Below the pieces are notes generated by a model. That model had not been told where the DNA came from. It did not search any database and saw only the letters and a list, made by a program, of their open reading frames with translations. 64,000 nucleotides of DNA. Source: an uncultured Leptospirales bacterium. GTDB taxonomy: Bacteria > Spirochaetota > UBA4802 > JAFGDQ01. The translations under genes and the position numbers were made by a program. Shown here piece after piece: positions 28,408-38,830 of the stretch. The first letter of the stretch is position 1. Every line of letters starts with the position of its first letter. The stretch is from positions 2,848-66,847 of the forward strand of contig CAZVDF010000003.1 of NCBI GenBank assembly GCA_964626055.1, read 5' to 3'.

Positions 28408-29970
28408 TTATTCCCATTCAATTGTGCTGGGCGGTTTTGAAGAGATATCGTATACGACCCTGTTTACGCCTTTTACTTCGTTTATTATCCTGTTCGATAT
28501 CGTCCTTAAGATATCTTCCGGAAGATAAGCCCAGTCTGCTGTCATGGCGTCGACCGACGTTACGCCTCTTATCGCAATAACGTTTTCGTACGTGCGTTTA
28601 TCGCCCATTACGCCGACCGATTTTACAGGAAGAAATACCGCAAATATCTGCCAGAGCTTATTATAAAGCCCGGCATCTTTAATTTCTTTCACCAGAATGT
28701 CGTCCGCGTTCTGAAGGATTTTTATTCTTTCCTCTGTGACATCCCCTATAATCCTGATCGCCAGACCGGGTCCGGGGAAAGGATGCCTGTAAATTATCTC
28801 ATCGGGCATTCCCAATTCCTTCCCGAGCATTCTGACTTCATCCTTGAACAGCTCCTTCAGCGGCTCAATCACCCTGCCGGATTTAATAAGCTTGAGCACT
28901 TCAGGCACGCGGTTATGATGGCTCTTAATAGTATCCGACGGGCCCTTGGTGGATACGGACTCTATAACATCCGGATATAATGTGCCCTGCGCCAGGAAAT
29001 CGAATTGTCCTATCTTCTTTGCTTCTTTTATAAAAACCTTTATGAACTCCCTGCCGATTATCTTTCGCTTTTTCTCCGGATTCTCGACACCCTTTAATTT
29101 TCTCAGGAATCTCTCCGAAGCATCGATATATGTCATTTTTAAATCCAGGTTATCCCTGAATCTCTTTATTACGATCTCGGCTTCATTTTTTCTGAGCACG
29201 CCGTTATTCACAAAAACCGGATAAAGCCTGTCGCCGATCGCTTTCTTTAAAAGCACCGCGGCAACCGACGAATCGACACCGCCAGAAAGTCCCAGAAGCA
29301 CGCTCCCGCTTCCTACGTCCTTTCCGATAGATTCAACTGCCTGCCTTACGAAAGACTTCATAGACCAGTTGCCTTTAAATCCGCAAATATCGAAAAGAAA
29401 ATTCTTAAGTATTTTTTTGCCGTTAACGGTATGATAAACTTCGGGATGGAACTGCACGCCGTAGATCTTTTGCGTGTCGTTCTCGATTGCCGCGACTTCC
29501 GCATTTTTCGAGCTCGCTATAATCTTAAACCCGGATGGCGGGCTAGCTACTTTGTCTCCATGGCTCATCCATACTGTCTCTCTGGCCTTAAGCCCTCTTA
29601 ACAAAACGGATCTTCCCTTAATATCAATGAGAGCTCTTCCATACTCCTTACGGCTGGAGGCTTCCAGTTTGCCGCTGAACGCGTCCACTATTACGTAAAG
29701 TCCATAGCATATCCCGAGAACCGGTATGCCCAGTCTGAATATATCCCGGGAAATTCGCGGAGCATCTTTGTCATAAATCGAAGAAGGGCCGCCCGAAAGA
29801 ATTATCGCGCCCGGATTTTCTTCCATGATTCTGCCCGGCGGAATATCATACGGGACAATTTCTGCATATACTTTCAACTCACGCACCGATCTGGCGATCA
29901 GCTGTGTATATTGCGAACCGAAATCGAGTACGCAGACTTTTTCACCGGTCTTGGAAGCAGGCTTTATCAT
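28408..29970 (-). CDS. guaA: GMP synthase (glutamine-hydrolysing)
   Basis: Class-I glutamine amidotransferase domain with GICYG..H.E, followed by the ATP pyrophosphatase domain with SGGVDSSV and the C-terminal dimerisation domain ...EWE. Confidence 0.95.
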   Translation of the reverse strand: MIKPASKTGEKVCVLDFGSQYTQLIARSVRELKVYAEIVPYDIPPGRIMEENPGAIILSGGPSSIYDKDAPRISRDIFRLGIPVLGICYGLYVIVDAFSGKLEASSRKEYGRALIDIKGRSVLLRGLKARETVWMSHGDKVASPPSGFKIIASSKNAEVAAIENDTQKIYGVQFHPEVYHTVNGKKILKNFLFDICGFKGNWSMKSFVRQAVESIGKDVGSGSVLLGLSGGVDSSVAAVLLKKAIGDRLYPVFVNNGVLRKNEAEIVIKRFRDNLDLKMTYIDASERFLRKLKGVENPEKKRKIIGREFIKVFIKEAKKIGQFDFLAQGTLYPDVIESVSTKGPSDTIKSHHNRVPEVLKLIKSGRVIEPLKELFKDEVRMLGKELGMPDEIIYRHPFPGPGLAIRIIGDVTEERIKILQNADDILVKEIKDAGLYNKLWQIFAVFLPVKSVGVMGDKRTYENVIAIRGVTSVDAMTADWAYLPEDILRTISNRIINEVKGVNRVVYDISSKPPSTIEWE

Positions 29971-30497
29971 TCTTTTCCCTTTATATCATCTATATATTTC
30001 TTGTATCCCTTCGCGTTTAACTCTTTATTTTTAGCGATGATTTTATCGGCAGTTTTTTCCCTGTACTTTTTAAGTTTTAAATACAGATCATTGTCGTTTA
30101 CAGATAGAATACTCAGCGCGAAAAGTGCGCTGTTCGCCCCTCCGGCTTTACCGGAAGGCATCGCAGCCACAGGAATACCGGAAGGCATCTGTATTATCGA
30201 GAGAATGGAATCCAGCCCGCCTGCTATCTTCGTTTCGATCGGCACTCCTATTACAGGGAGGCATGTGTGCGACGCGACTACTCCAGGCAGATGAGCTGCG
30301 CCTCCGGCCGCAGCAATAATGAGATTTATGCCGCGCTCTTTTGCAGTCAAAGCCCATTCCTTCGTTTTTTCCGGAGTTCTGTGGGCGGAAGATATTACTA
30401 CTTCAAAATCAATACCGAATTCTTCAAGGATAGCAAAACAATCAGCAATCTTCGGCAGGTCAGAATCACTGCCTGCAATAATACCGATCTTCGGCAT
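29967..30497 (-). CDS. purE: N5-carboxyaminoimidazole ribonucleotide mutase
   Basis: MPKIGIIAGSDSDLP...SAHRTP...AAGGAAHLPGV. The start is taken at the ATG preceded by GAGGTG, because the longer ORF-track N-terminus is not PurE-like. The stop overlaps the guaA start by 4 bp. Confidence 0.85.
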   Translation of the reverse strand: MPKIGIIAGSDSDLPKIADCFAILEEFGIDFEVVISSAHRTPEKTKEWALTAKERGINLIIAAAGGAAHLPGVVASHTCLPVIGVPIETKIAGGLDSILSIIQMPSGIPVAAMPSGKAGGANSALFALSILSVNDNDLYLKLKKYREKTADKIIAKNKELNAKGYKKYIDDIKGKE

Positions 30498-30726
30498 AAA
30501 CACCTCACAAAAAATCAAATTAACGGACAGCATCGCATAGCAGCTACAAAATCGAAATATGTAATACAAACTAATATTTTAAAATTAAAAATGTAAAGAC
30601 TTTTATTTGGACGCATTAATTACCCTGAAACCACGTAAATTGAATTTCGATAAAAATGTCTTGCATTTATCCGGGACACTTGCAATGTGCATGGATAAAC
30701 TGGAGAGGTTTTAACAGAAAGTCACG

Positions 30727-31785
30727 ATGAGGCACATGATAAAAATGGAAACACCGTTGAATAAAACAATATTTATCATAATATCCTTTATTCTATTTAT
30801 TTCCACGGGATGCATGCAAAACGCAGAAGAAAAAATAAACCGGGGCATTGAATTATACAATAATAAAGAAATACAAAAAGCAAATGACTATATTGAAGAC
30901 GGTCTGATCAAATCGGCTCTCATTAAAAAATTAAGCGCAAATAAATTTTCGTATGGGGAAAATGTCATATATTACCGTAAGAATAAAACTATCAAAATAA
31001 TTTGGCCGCTGAAAATGGATATAGAATCAGACGAGAGTTATAATTTAATCAGCTATGACCGGGATTCACAGAAGCTGGGTTTGTCAAACGGGCATGATAT
31101 AAAAATCTACAATTCCGGCGGCAACCTGTTAAAGACTTACAGTACGCCGCAGGATGAACAGCAAATAAAAGCATTCATATTTAACAATGAAAAAATTTAT
31201 TATTATAAGGATAAAAAAATCTTTTTATATGACATGATATCGGAGGCTGTGAACTTTCTGGCAAGCGATAAATTATCAACTTCTTTCGGCAGCAATACCT
31301 ATAATGTTAAGCTGTATAAAACAGATTCCTTACTGGGTATAATATCAGGCATTGGGGGAAGCTATTATCTGAATATCTGGGATTTAAATAATAATTTAAT
31401 GATTCTGCAGAATGTCAGCCTTGCTTCCTCAAAATTATTTATAAAAAATAATGAAGTTTATTACATAAACGGTGACGCGGGGAAATATTCCTGTATAATG
31501 CAGACCATATCGTCAAAAAAAATAAAAATTCTTTCCGGATTCAGCAGCTTATCGGATATTGAATTTTTTTCATCGGGATTATTGTACGAGGATAAGGAAG
31601 GATTGGGTATTATTGACTATGGAAAAGCTAATAAGCTTAAAATCCCTTTTCATTATGGAATTTCCGGCCAATGCTGCGGCAATCCGGTATTAAAATCGGC
31701 AAACGGATATTATATCATTAATGGAAGCGTGTTTCTCGAAAAAATAAACTTTGTCAATAATATAATACCGGAGTTATTTCGATAA
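30727..31785 (+). CDS. Predicted lipoprotein of unknown function (repeat-rich, possible beta-propeller)
   Basis: Signal peptide with lipobox ISTGC. Asn/Tyr-rich repetitive strands. No recognisable catalytic motif. Confidence 0.45.
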   Translation: MRHMIKMETPLNKTIFIIISFILFISTGCMQNAEEKINRGIELYNNKEIQKANDYIEDGLIKSALIKKLSANKFSYGENVIYYRKNKTIKIIWPLKMDIESDESYNLISYDRDSQKLGLSNGHDIKIYNSGGNLLKTYSTPQDEQQIKAFIFNNEKIYYYKDKKIFLYDMISEAVNFLASDKLSTSFGSNTYNVKLYKTDSLLGIISGIGGSYYLNIWDLNNNLMILQNVSLASSKLFIKNNEVYYINGDAGKYSCIMQTISSKKIKILSGFSSLSDIEFFSSGLLYEDKEGLGIIDYGKANKLKIPFHYGISGQCCGNPVLKSANGYYIINGSVFLEKINFVNNIIPELFR

Positions 31786-31873
31786 ACATATTTACAACCT
31801 ATCTTAAAATTGTGCTAAATTCCCGGGTAAAATATTATTTTCAGGATGTCCAGTAAAAAGATCACTGTTCACA

Positions 31874-32329
31874 TTACCTGTTTCTCCATTCTCTTTGCAT
31901 TTCCCTGTCCAGATCTCGTTTTTGGATAGCTCTTCTTTTATCGTATTTTGCTTTTCCTTTCCCGAGTCCGAGCAGAATCTTTACTTTCCCTGTTTTGAAA
32001 TACATCTGCAGGGGAATCAGCGTCAGCCCTTTTTCTTTAAGCTTGCCCGTGAGCCTTTTAATTTCCTGCTTGTGCATCAGTAGTTTCCTGTCCCTGACGG
32101 GTTCGTGATTAAAACGGTTCCCTTTTTCGTACTGGGATATATTTATGCCCACAATAAACATTTCTCCGTTGATGACCCTGGCATATCCGTCTTCGATATT
32201 GCACTTTTTCATGCGCAAAGCCTTGACCTCTGTCCCGGTAAGAACAATACCCGCTTCAAATGTGTCCATGATTTCATATTCGAATCTGGCTTTTTTATTA
32301 TTTACAATCTGTACAACTTTTTCCTGCAT
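31874..32329 (-). CDS. smpB: SsrA-binding protein
   Basis: ARFEYEI...EAGIVLTGTEVKALR...LLMHKQEI and a basic C-terminal tail. Confidence 0.9.
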   Translation of the reverse strand: MQEKVVQIVNNKKARFEYEIMDTFEAGIVLTGTEVKALRMKKCNIEDGYARVINGEMFIVGINISQYEKGNRFNHEPVRDRKLLMHKQEIKRLTGKLKEKGLTLIPLQMYFKTGKVKILLGLGKGKAKYDKRRAIQKRDLDREMQREWRNR

Positions 32330-32451
32330 TATAATTGCTCCGCAATAAAATAACCATTGTTGACCTGGAATTAATTATTTCTGAACATTTATGCATATTA
32401 CAACAACAAAACAAATAATTTAAAATAAAAAATCCGGCTTTAATAATTTTT

Positions 32452-32480
32452 TTGACATTTGTCCAAATTTGAAATATAAT
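32452..32480 (+). promoter_or_regulatory. Consensus sigma-70 promoter TTGACA-17-TATAAT upstream of the hybrid histidine kinase gene
   Basis: TTGACA at 32452-32457, a 17 nt spacer, TATAAT at 32475-32480, about 75 bp upstream of the ATG at 32557. Confidence 0.5.
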
Positions 32481-32556
32481 CAATAAAGTAAAAATCGTAA
32501 CAAGCTGAATATCCGTTAATACGAACTCTGGAACAATTGTAGTCTGCAAGAATATT

Positions 32557-34110
32557 ATGCCGGGAACAGCCGATAAATCCTTAAATGTGCTCATAGTAGA
32601 TGATAACGTTTCGATACATAACGTTTTAATCAAACTGCTATCGGTATCTGATAACTGTATTTACAAAGTCGATTCTGCCAGTACAATTTCTACGGCGATC
32701 GAAAAATTGAATAAAAGTAATTTTGATATAATACTGCTGGATCTGAACCTTCCGGACAGCAGTCATCTTGATTCGCTGATAACGATAAACAAAAAAAAAC
32801 CTTCGATCCCGATAATCGTAATTACCGGGGAATATACCGATGAGATCAGCTCCAGAGCAATTTCTTATGGAGCACAGGACTTTCTTCTCAAGGGAAAATT
32901 TAACGGTTATCTGCTGGAAAAATCCATTAATTTTGCGATTGAGAGAAAAATTGCGGAATCGAACCTGATAAGCAAGGAAAGAGAATTCAGGATTATTGTC
33001 GAAAATGTATCCGATATTATTTCGATAATTGGCACTGACGGAATTATTCTGTATGAAAGCCCGTCCGTAAAAAATCAACTCGGTTATGCTCCGCTCGATT
33101 TGATAGGTGAAAATATTTTCAACTTTATTGATCCTGAAGACAAGCAAATTCTCGAAAACGAATATAACGGAATAATAAGAAATATTTATTCATCCCTTGT
33201 GAAGGAATATAGATTTAAAAATAAAAACGGTTCATGGCGAATACTGGAATCAAAGTTCAATCCGGTTCTGGATACGAACGGCGCCATCTCCTGCATTGTT
33301 ATCACCTCCAGGGATATTACCGAGCGCAAGCAGGCGGAAGAAGAATTAAAAACCAATCGCGATAATCTCGAAGAACTGGTCAAAGAACGCACATTTGAAC
33401 TGATGCATTCAAGAGAAATGGCAGAGGCTGCGAACAGGGCAAAAAGCGAATTTATTGCAAATATGAGCCACGAATTAAGAACACCGCTGAACTCCATACT
33501 CGGATTTTCAAAACTGATGGTATGCGGATACGATGCAAACACATATAGTAAATATTTAGAAAACATTAAAAATTCAGGCACTCGTCTTCTTCAAATGATC
33601 AACAAGATACTGGACCTCATAAAAATCGATGCCGGGAAAATAAAATTCGAAAAAAAACCTATCCTGGTAGAAACCGTTTTAAATTCCTGTATTAATAAGA
33701 TTACCGAAAAGACAGAGCGGAAAAATCGAAAAATAGACTATACGAATGCCAATATTAATTCTGCGATTCTTGGAGACGAGTTCAGACTGGAGCAAATGTT
33801 CCTTCAGCTCTTATCCAACTCCGTTAAATTTACCAGAGATGACGGCCGGATAGAAATAAGCGTCCTCAGGAAAAATAATTCCATCGAAATAAACATCACC
33901 GATAACGGCATCGGGATAAAAAAAGAACTTCAGGGCCAATTATTCAATGCTTTTTCAATCGGGGACAAAGGGCTGCAAAGAGAAAATCAGGGGATCGGCG
34001 TCGGTCTCAGTATCGTGAAAAAAATCGTAGATGCTCACGGCGGATCAATTTCAGTAAAAAGCAAAGAAGGAGAAGGTTCAACGTTCACGATAACAATGCC
34101 GGCTATTTGA
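32557..34110 (+). CDS. Hybrid sensor histidine kinase: N-terminal receiver, PAS, HisKA and HATPase domains
   Basis: Receiver domain (VLIVDDN...ILLDLNLPD...KP). H-box SHELRTPLNSILGF. ATPase G-boxes DNGIGI and GIGVGLSIVKKIVDAHGG. Confidence 0.8.
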   Translation: MPGTADKSLNVLIVDDNVSIHNVLIKLLSVSDNCIYKVDSASTISTAIEKLNKSNFDIILLDLNLPDSSHLDSLITINKKKPSIPIIVITGEYTDEISSRAISYGAQDFLLKGKFNGYLLEKSINFAIERKIAESNLISKEREFRIIVENVSDIISIIGTDGIILYESPSVKNQLGYAPLDLIGENIFNFIDPEDKQILENEYNGIIRNIYSSLVKEYRFKNKNGSWRILESKFNPVLDTNGAISCIVITSRDITERKQAEEELKTNRDNLEELVKERTFELMHSREMAEAANRAKSEFIANMSHELRTPLNSILGFSKLMVCGYDANTYSKYLENIKNSGTRLLQMINKILDLIKIDAGKIKFEKKPILVETVLNSCINKITEKTERKNRKIDYTNANINSAILGDEFRLEQMFLQLLSNSVKFTRDDGRIEISVLRKNNSIEINITDNGIGIKKELQGQLFNAFSIGDKGLQRENQGIGVGLSIVKKIVDAHGGSISVKSKEGEGSTFTITMPAI

Positions 34111-34229
34111 TCAGAGGATTCTGTTTATCGGCGATCCTCTCCGCGCGGCATCAGGCAGCCGATTTTTTCAGGTAATTATTTAAAATTATTTTCTGTTCAT
34201 ATTCTGTTTATTACTATGGAGGACGAATA

Positions 34230-35504
34230 ATGACTTCAAAGAATGAAGATGCATCCATCAAGAAATACGATATTAACTTCCTAAAAAATCCAATACTCAT
34301 ACTTGAAGATGTAATGGAAAACCAGATCCTTTTAAAAGAACTCTGTAAAAATATGGGATTTCCCTGTGAAATAGCCGAAAACGGGCAGAAGGGGCTTGAA
34401 TTGATGGAAAAGAGACAGTTTTCAATATTCATTGTGGATCTTATGATGCCTGTGATGGATGGGAAAACATTTATTAAAAAGCTCAAGGAAAAAATCCCTG
34501 ACGCGATAATACTGGTGCAAACAGCGCTCGATTCATCCGATACAATCATTGATATTATGAAAATGGGAGTATTCGATTACTTGATAAAACCATTGGATCC
34601 CCAGATGTTCCAGCGGGTCATAAAGAAAAGTATTGAATACAAACACCTTAAAGAAATGGAGATAAACCTGGCAGACAGCGCGTCTCTTAAAATCCGCAAC
34701 CAGCTGGAGTGGCTCAATTACAAAGAGGACCGCAGAATATCCTCGAAGGATTATGCTGAAATTAAATCAATATATAACCTGAAAACCTCGCTGATGCAGG
34801 GTAAAGGCTTCGGTTCATTGCTCAGTATCATCGATATTATTTTAAACACAAAAAAAGAGGAAGGGAGCAATTATTTAATTAATAAGGAAATGCTCGACCT
34901 GCTTCTTGAGAATTACGAAACATGCAATACACAGCTGAACTGGCTGCACGAGATTTCGAACCTGCTTGAAAACCTGTTCCCGGTTAAAGAAAGCAGTTCG
35001 GCCGAGCTTATTGCGGCTATCCCGGGCATGTTAAAAGAAATCGAACCGTATCTGGAGAAAAAAAATCTGAAGATTACGTATCCCGAACTGAAAATAAAAT
35101 GCAGTTTGAATCTGAATCTTGAAAAATTGTACCTGATTATCGAAGAGGTTGTCATTAATGCATATAAATATTCAGTCCCCGGAAGCACAATCAATATCTT
35201 TTCCTTTATTAGAGAAGGATATCTGTGGCTTTGCATAATGAATGAAGTATCCGAAAAACCGTATGGCGGCATCCCGCAAAAATACGAAAAACTGGTGCTC
35301 GAGCCTTTTTTCAGAATTGCGCCGCCGGATGAAAGCATAAGTAAAGTTGAAAAATTCGGTCTGGGGCTGGGATTAACGGTCGTGGATAATATAACAAGGA
35401 AACACGGCGGTCTTTTTTTAATACAGGATGTTAAAAGTCATATTGACAATCAGACAAGAAGCGGCGTACTGGCCCAGATCATGCTGCCGGTTGTCGTTGA
35501 CTGA
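34230..35504 (+). CDS. Response regulator receiver domain fused to a GHKL/HATPase-like domain without a recognisable H-box/DHp
   Basis: Receiver domain (ILILEDV...FIVDLMMPVMDG...KP). C-terminal HATPase-like region (IEEVVINAYKYS, GLGLGLTVVDNITRKHGG). I see no HExxT/P phospho-His motif. Confidence 0.6.
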   Translation: MTSKNEDASIKKYDINFLKNPILILEDVMENQILLKELCKNMGFPCEIAENGQKGLELMEKRQFSIFIVDLMMPVMDGKTFIKKLKEKIPDAIILVQTALDSSDTIIDIMKMGVFDYLIKPLDPQMFQRVIKKSIEYKHLKEMEINLADSASLKIRNQLEWLNYKEDRRISSKDYAEIKSIYNLKTSLMQGKGFGSLLSIIDIILNTKKEEGSNYLINKEMLDLLLENYETCNTQLNWLHEISNLLENLFPVKESSSAELIAAIPGMLKEIEPYLEKKNLKITYPELKIKCSLNLNLEKLYLIIEEVVINAYKYSVPGSTINIFSFIREGYLWLCIMNEVSEKPYGGIPQKYEKLVLEPFFRIAPPDESISKVEKFGLGLGLTVVDNITRKHGGLFLIQDVKSHIDNQTRSGVLAQIMLPVVVD

Positions 35505-35517
35505 CAGGATGCCGGAT

Positions 35518-36297
35518 TCATCTGTAGCTATGCAATCCAGACAGGAAGTAATTAACCCCGAAAAAAGTGAACATGGTCGCGAGATAGCCTGCAACCGATA
35601 ATGCCGCTGCTGCAGTTCCTTTTTTCTTTCTGATAATCCTGGTGTGCAGGTAGAGAGTATAGATCAGCCATGTTATAAGAGACCAAGTTTCTTTGGGATC
35701 CCACGACCAGTAATTACCCCAGGCATAGTATGCCCAGATGGATCCGAAGATAATAGCACCGGCTGTAAATGCCGGGTAGCCGATCCCAATAAATATATAA
35801 GTAAGTCTGTCCAGATAGTTCTTTCTTTCCTCATCTTTATTTAATAAAAAGAATAGCCCTGAAAAAAAAGACAGCGTAAAAAAAGCCTCTCCGATGAACG
35901 TAAATGCCACATGGAGCACAAGCCAGTTCGAGCGCAAAGCCGGTATCGGAGGCAGAATATCTTTCGGCGCTATGGGAGACGATGCCAAGGCAAGAAATAC
36001 TATGCTGATGAAAGTGCTGCCGGATATTATTTTGATATCAGCATTGTCTTTCTGCCACTTTATATAGGCAAAAATCATCAGGTTTATCAGGGCAGAAAAT
36101 AAAACCAGCGCTTCGAACATACCGGTAACGGCAATGAAACTGATCTCAATGCTTCTGTATGTTATCTCACCCAGCAACAGCAATGCGGAAAGTGTAAAAA
36201 CATAGGATAAATCGGTGTTCATCTTCTTCCTTGCAAAAATAAAATATATTTGAACAAGGAGCGCGATTATCTGGATCAAAAAACTGGCTGTAGGCAT
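35518..36297 (-). CDS. ccsA: Cytochrome c-type biogenesis protein CcsA/ResC (system II)
   Basis: Polytopic membrane protein with the Trp-rich WWD motif WAYYAWGNYWSWDPKETWSLITW and conserved His residues. Confidence 0.7.
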   Translation of the reverse strand: MPTASFLIQIIALLVQIYFIFARKKMNTDLSYVFTLSALLLLGEITYRSIEISFIAVTGMFEALVLFSALINLMIFAYIKWQKDNADIKIISGSTFISIVFLALASSPIAPKDILPPIPALRSNWLVLHVAFTFIGEAFFTLSFFSGLFFLLNKDEERKNYLDRLTYIFIGIGYPAFTAGAIIFGSIWAYYAWGNYWSWDPKETWSLITWLIYTLYLHTRIIRKKKGTAAAALSVAGYLATMFTFFGVNYFLSGLHSYR

Positions 36298-37239
36298 TTA
36301 TATTCCAGACTCTCCTTTCTTCTGATAAAAAGCAATAAATAAACCGCAGGATATAATTATAAAGGATATTATAACCGGCATAATCCCGGGATCGTAAACG
36401 ATCTTTAAACCCGATAGGTTACCGCCGGATAAATCTGTTAAAGTGAAACCATCAATACTTTCTCCGCGGCCGAGCAGTCTGATGATGTGAGATTTTTTTT
36501 TATCCCAGATAACGAGCCGTGCTTTTTGATTTTCAATTTTATTAAAATATATATGGTTTTTAAAATTTTTAAGACCCTCATTGTTCCTGATTTTAAAAAA
36601 TTTCCCGTATCTGTCTTTAAAAGTCAGCTCTTCATACAAAGAATATGATTCCTGGTACAGTTTATAGTTGCCGAAGCTTGCAGGTTTATTGACTTCGACT
36701 CCGAATTCCTTTTGATTATTTTCGCCGTCTTTTACCAGCACCGTGCTTATCCATTTTTTAGGTCTTCCGTCAGGGTATTTCATATGTTCAAATTTTTTAA
36801 GCGTGAGTTCGTATCTGCCGGCTATCTCGATTCTTTCATCCGGCGAAAGATAGATCACCCTGTCCTGACGCAGCGCAGACGAAAGGGAGCCTCCGATCAG
36901 AAGCATCATTACGCCAAAATGAATTATATCGGGACCGGGCCGCAAAGGAAGATTATTCTTTGCCCGTGTTAACAGCCTGTGAAAAGCACAGAACAGCAGG
37001 TTTACAAAAAATAAAAATCCGGGTATTATAAAAAATAATGAACGTATAAAATTATTCAATCCTGTGATTATTATAATATTTCCAAGAATTTTCCCGTAAT
37101 TATAATAATAATAATCTGGACTTTCATTCTGGATAATAAAACTGGCTAAAGTAAAAAAAACGATAATATATATTATTAATGTTATTGCAAGCCTGACGGA
37201 TCTCAAAAATTTTATGTATGGAATTATCCTGGAGTGCAT
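36298..37239 (-). CDS. Cytochrome c biogenesis protein ResB/CcsB (short form)
   Basis: N-terminal TM helices, a periplasmic domain, and a C-terminal TM region GLKIVYDPGIMPVIISFII typical of the ResB C-terminus. It abuts ccsA by 1 bp. Confidence 0.55.
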   Translation of the reverse strand: MHSRIIPYIKFLRSVRLAITLIIYIIVFFTLASFIIQNESPDYYYYNYGKILGNIIIITGLNNFIRSLFFIIPGFLFFVNLLFCAFHRLLTRAKNNLPLRPGPDIIHFGVMMLLIGGSLSSALRQDRVIYLSPDERIEIAGRYELTLKKFEHMKYPDGRPKKWISTVLVKDGENNQKEFGVEVNKPASFGNYKLYQESYSLYEELTFKDRYGKFFKIRNNEGLKNFKNHIYFNKIENQKARLVIWDKKKSHIIRLLGRGESIDGFTLTDLSGGNLSGLKIVYDPGIMPVIISFIIISCGLFIAFYQKKGESGI

Positions 37240-37420
37240 CTTAAAACCTCTTAAAGGCGATCGGCAATATGCCCCTGTGCCGGTGTTTTTACTGATATGC
37301 TATTAATGATTATTATCTTGATTTTGAGTTATATTCTTGTTGTAATTATAAAATAGGAAATGGGCTGTTAATATAATCAGCAGCCCATTCTAAAATGTAA
37401 AGAGTTTAATTTAATGAGGT

Positions 37421-38794
37421 TTATCTTTTGAGATTTATCAATTCCTGAAGCATCTGGTCAGAGGTTACAATTGTTCTGGAGTTTGCCTGGAAGCCGCGCT
37501 GTGTAATTATCATATCCGTAAACTGCTCCGAGAGGTCGACGTTAGACATTTCGAGAGTTCCGGCGGCTATCTTGCCTCTGCCTGCTTCCGAGGCCGCGCC
37601 GATGTTCGGCATACCGGAGTTGTTCGATGTCTCGAACAGGTTATCGCCGATAGCGGTCAACCCGCCCGGATTGGTAAATACAGCCATGCCGACCTGGCCT
37701 ACGGTCTCTTTCGTGCCGTTGGAGTAAACGCCCGTAATGACGCCGGAATCGTCGATATTGTACGCCTCCATGTATCCCATTGTAAATCCATTCTGTTCAA
37801 CCGCCTTGGTTGTCGAAGGGCTTGAATACTGCGTTATTCCTTCAACGAGACCTGCTTTGCCGAGATCCATCGAAATATTTCTTACGGTAGGATCTCCCGC
37901 GACGCGGTATTTGAAATTCACGGAAATATTTCCCTGGTTCAGCTCATCCGGGCTGCCTTCGTCCGCGGCTGAAATAAGCCTTCCCTCGGGAGAAAAACGC
38001 AGGTTCATTCTGCCGGATGTGTTCGCCTGGTCCGGCTGGCTTGCGCCCGCGGGCACATCGAGAGTGACGGGGCCGATAGAGCCTGTTACTGCTGCGGATG
38101 CGGTCCACTGGTTGGGAGCGGTTTTCCAGAACGTAAGCGTCAGCCTGTGAGGATCGCCCAGCTTGTCGTAAACATCGATGTTGGTCGTCACTCCTGCCGA
38201 TGCCCTCATCGCGCCTGTTGCGTTTGGCGGTAAAACGGGCATCTTCGAATCGAGATTGCATTTATATTTAATATAACTGGTTTCCTTCGCTTCCACTTTC
38301 CCGTAAATCGGGATTATAAGATCCTCAACCGTCCCGGATGTGTTGACGACTTTTTCGCCTCTTTCATTTCTGGTCGCCATCCAGCCCTGGACCCTAAGTC
38401 CGTTAGCAGGGCTTACCAGAGTACCGTCTTTATCGATTGTAAAATTTCCGGCTCTCGTATAATATTTTTTATCGCCTTTTGCCGTTACAAAAAAACCGTC
38501 GCCGGAAATAGCGAGGTCGGTCTGATTTCCCGTCGTCTGGAGGCTGCCCTGTGTGAACAGCCTGTCAATCGAAGCAATCGTCATCCCCAGACCTATCTGT
38601 TTAGGATTTACCCCCCCTTTGTTCTCTTCCGGTTTTGCCGCGCCTGCGATCGTCTGTGACAACATATCCTGGAATGTCACCCTGCTGGTTTTAAAACCAT
38701 ATGTATTTACATTGGAGATATTGTTGCCGACTACGTCCATTCTGGTTTGATGGTTTTTCAATCCGGATACACCGGAAAAAAGTGATCTCATCAT
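37421..38794 (-). CDS. flgE: Flagellar hook protein
   Basis: N-terminus MMRSLFSGVSGLKNHQTRMDVVGNNISNVNTYGFK and C-terminus ANSRTIVTSDQMLQELINLKR. These are canonical FlgE terminal heptad regions. Confidence 0.9.
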   Translation of the reverse strand: MMRSLFSGVSGLKNHQTRMDVVGNNISNVNTYGFKTSRVTFQDMLSQTIAGAAKPEENKGGVNPKQIGLGMTIASIDRLFTQGSLQTTGNQTDLAISGDGFFVTAKGDKKYYTRAGNFTIDKDGTLVSPANGLRVQGWMATRNERGEKVVNTSGTVEDLIIPIYGKVEAKETSYIKYKCNLDSKMPVLPPNATGAMRASAGVTTNIDVYDKLGDPHRLTLTFWKTAPNQWTASAAVTGSIGPVTLDVPAGASQPDQANTSGRMNLRFSPEGRLISAADEGSPDELNQGNISVNFKYRVAGDPTVRNISMDLGKAGLVEGITQYSSPSTTKAVEQNGFTMGYMEAYNIDDSGVITGVYSNGTKETVGQVGMAVFTNPGGLTAIGDNLFETSNNSGMPNIGAASEAGRGKIAAGTLEMSNVDLSEQFTDMIITQRGFQANSRTIVTSDQMLQELINLKR

Positions 38795-38830
38795 GGCGAT
38801 TATGCTCCTGAATCAAAAAAATTTTAATAA

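Noticed and set aside
29967-30569. Long N-terminal extensions on PurE (to 30569), L9 (to 57144) and the 26578-26949 lipoprotein
   Set aside because: The extensions are non-homologous and hydrophobic or basic junk. Internal ATGs give canonical N-termini (MPKIGIIAG, MKVILQKD, MKKLFLF...) with plausible RBS, so the longer ORFs are start-site over-calls.
30498-30726. Purine riboswitch upstream of purE-guaA
   Set aside because: I read the minus-strand leader and found none of the conserved purine-aptamer elements, such as the U-rich J2-3 junction or the conserved P1/L2/L3 signature. The region is simply AT-rich.
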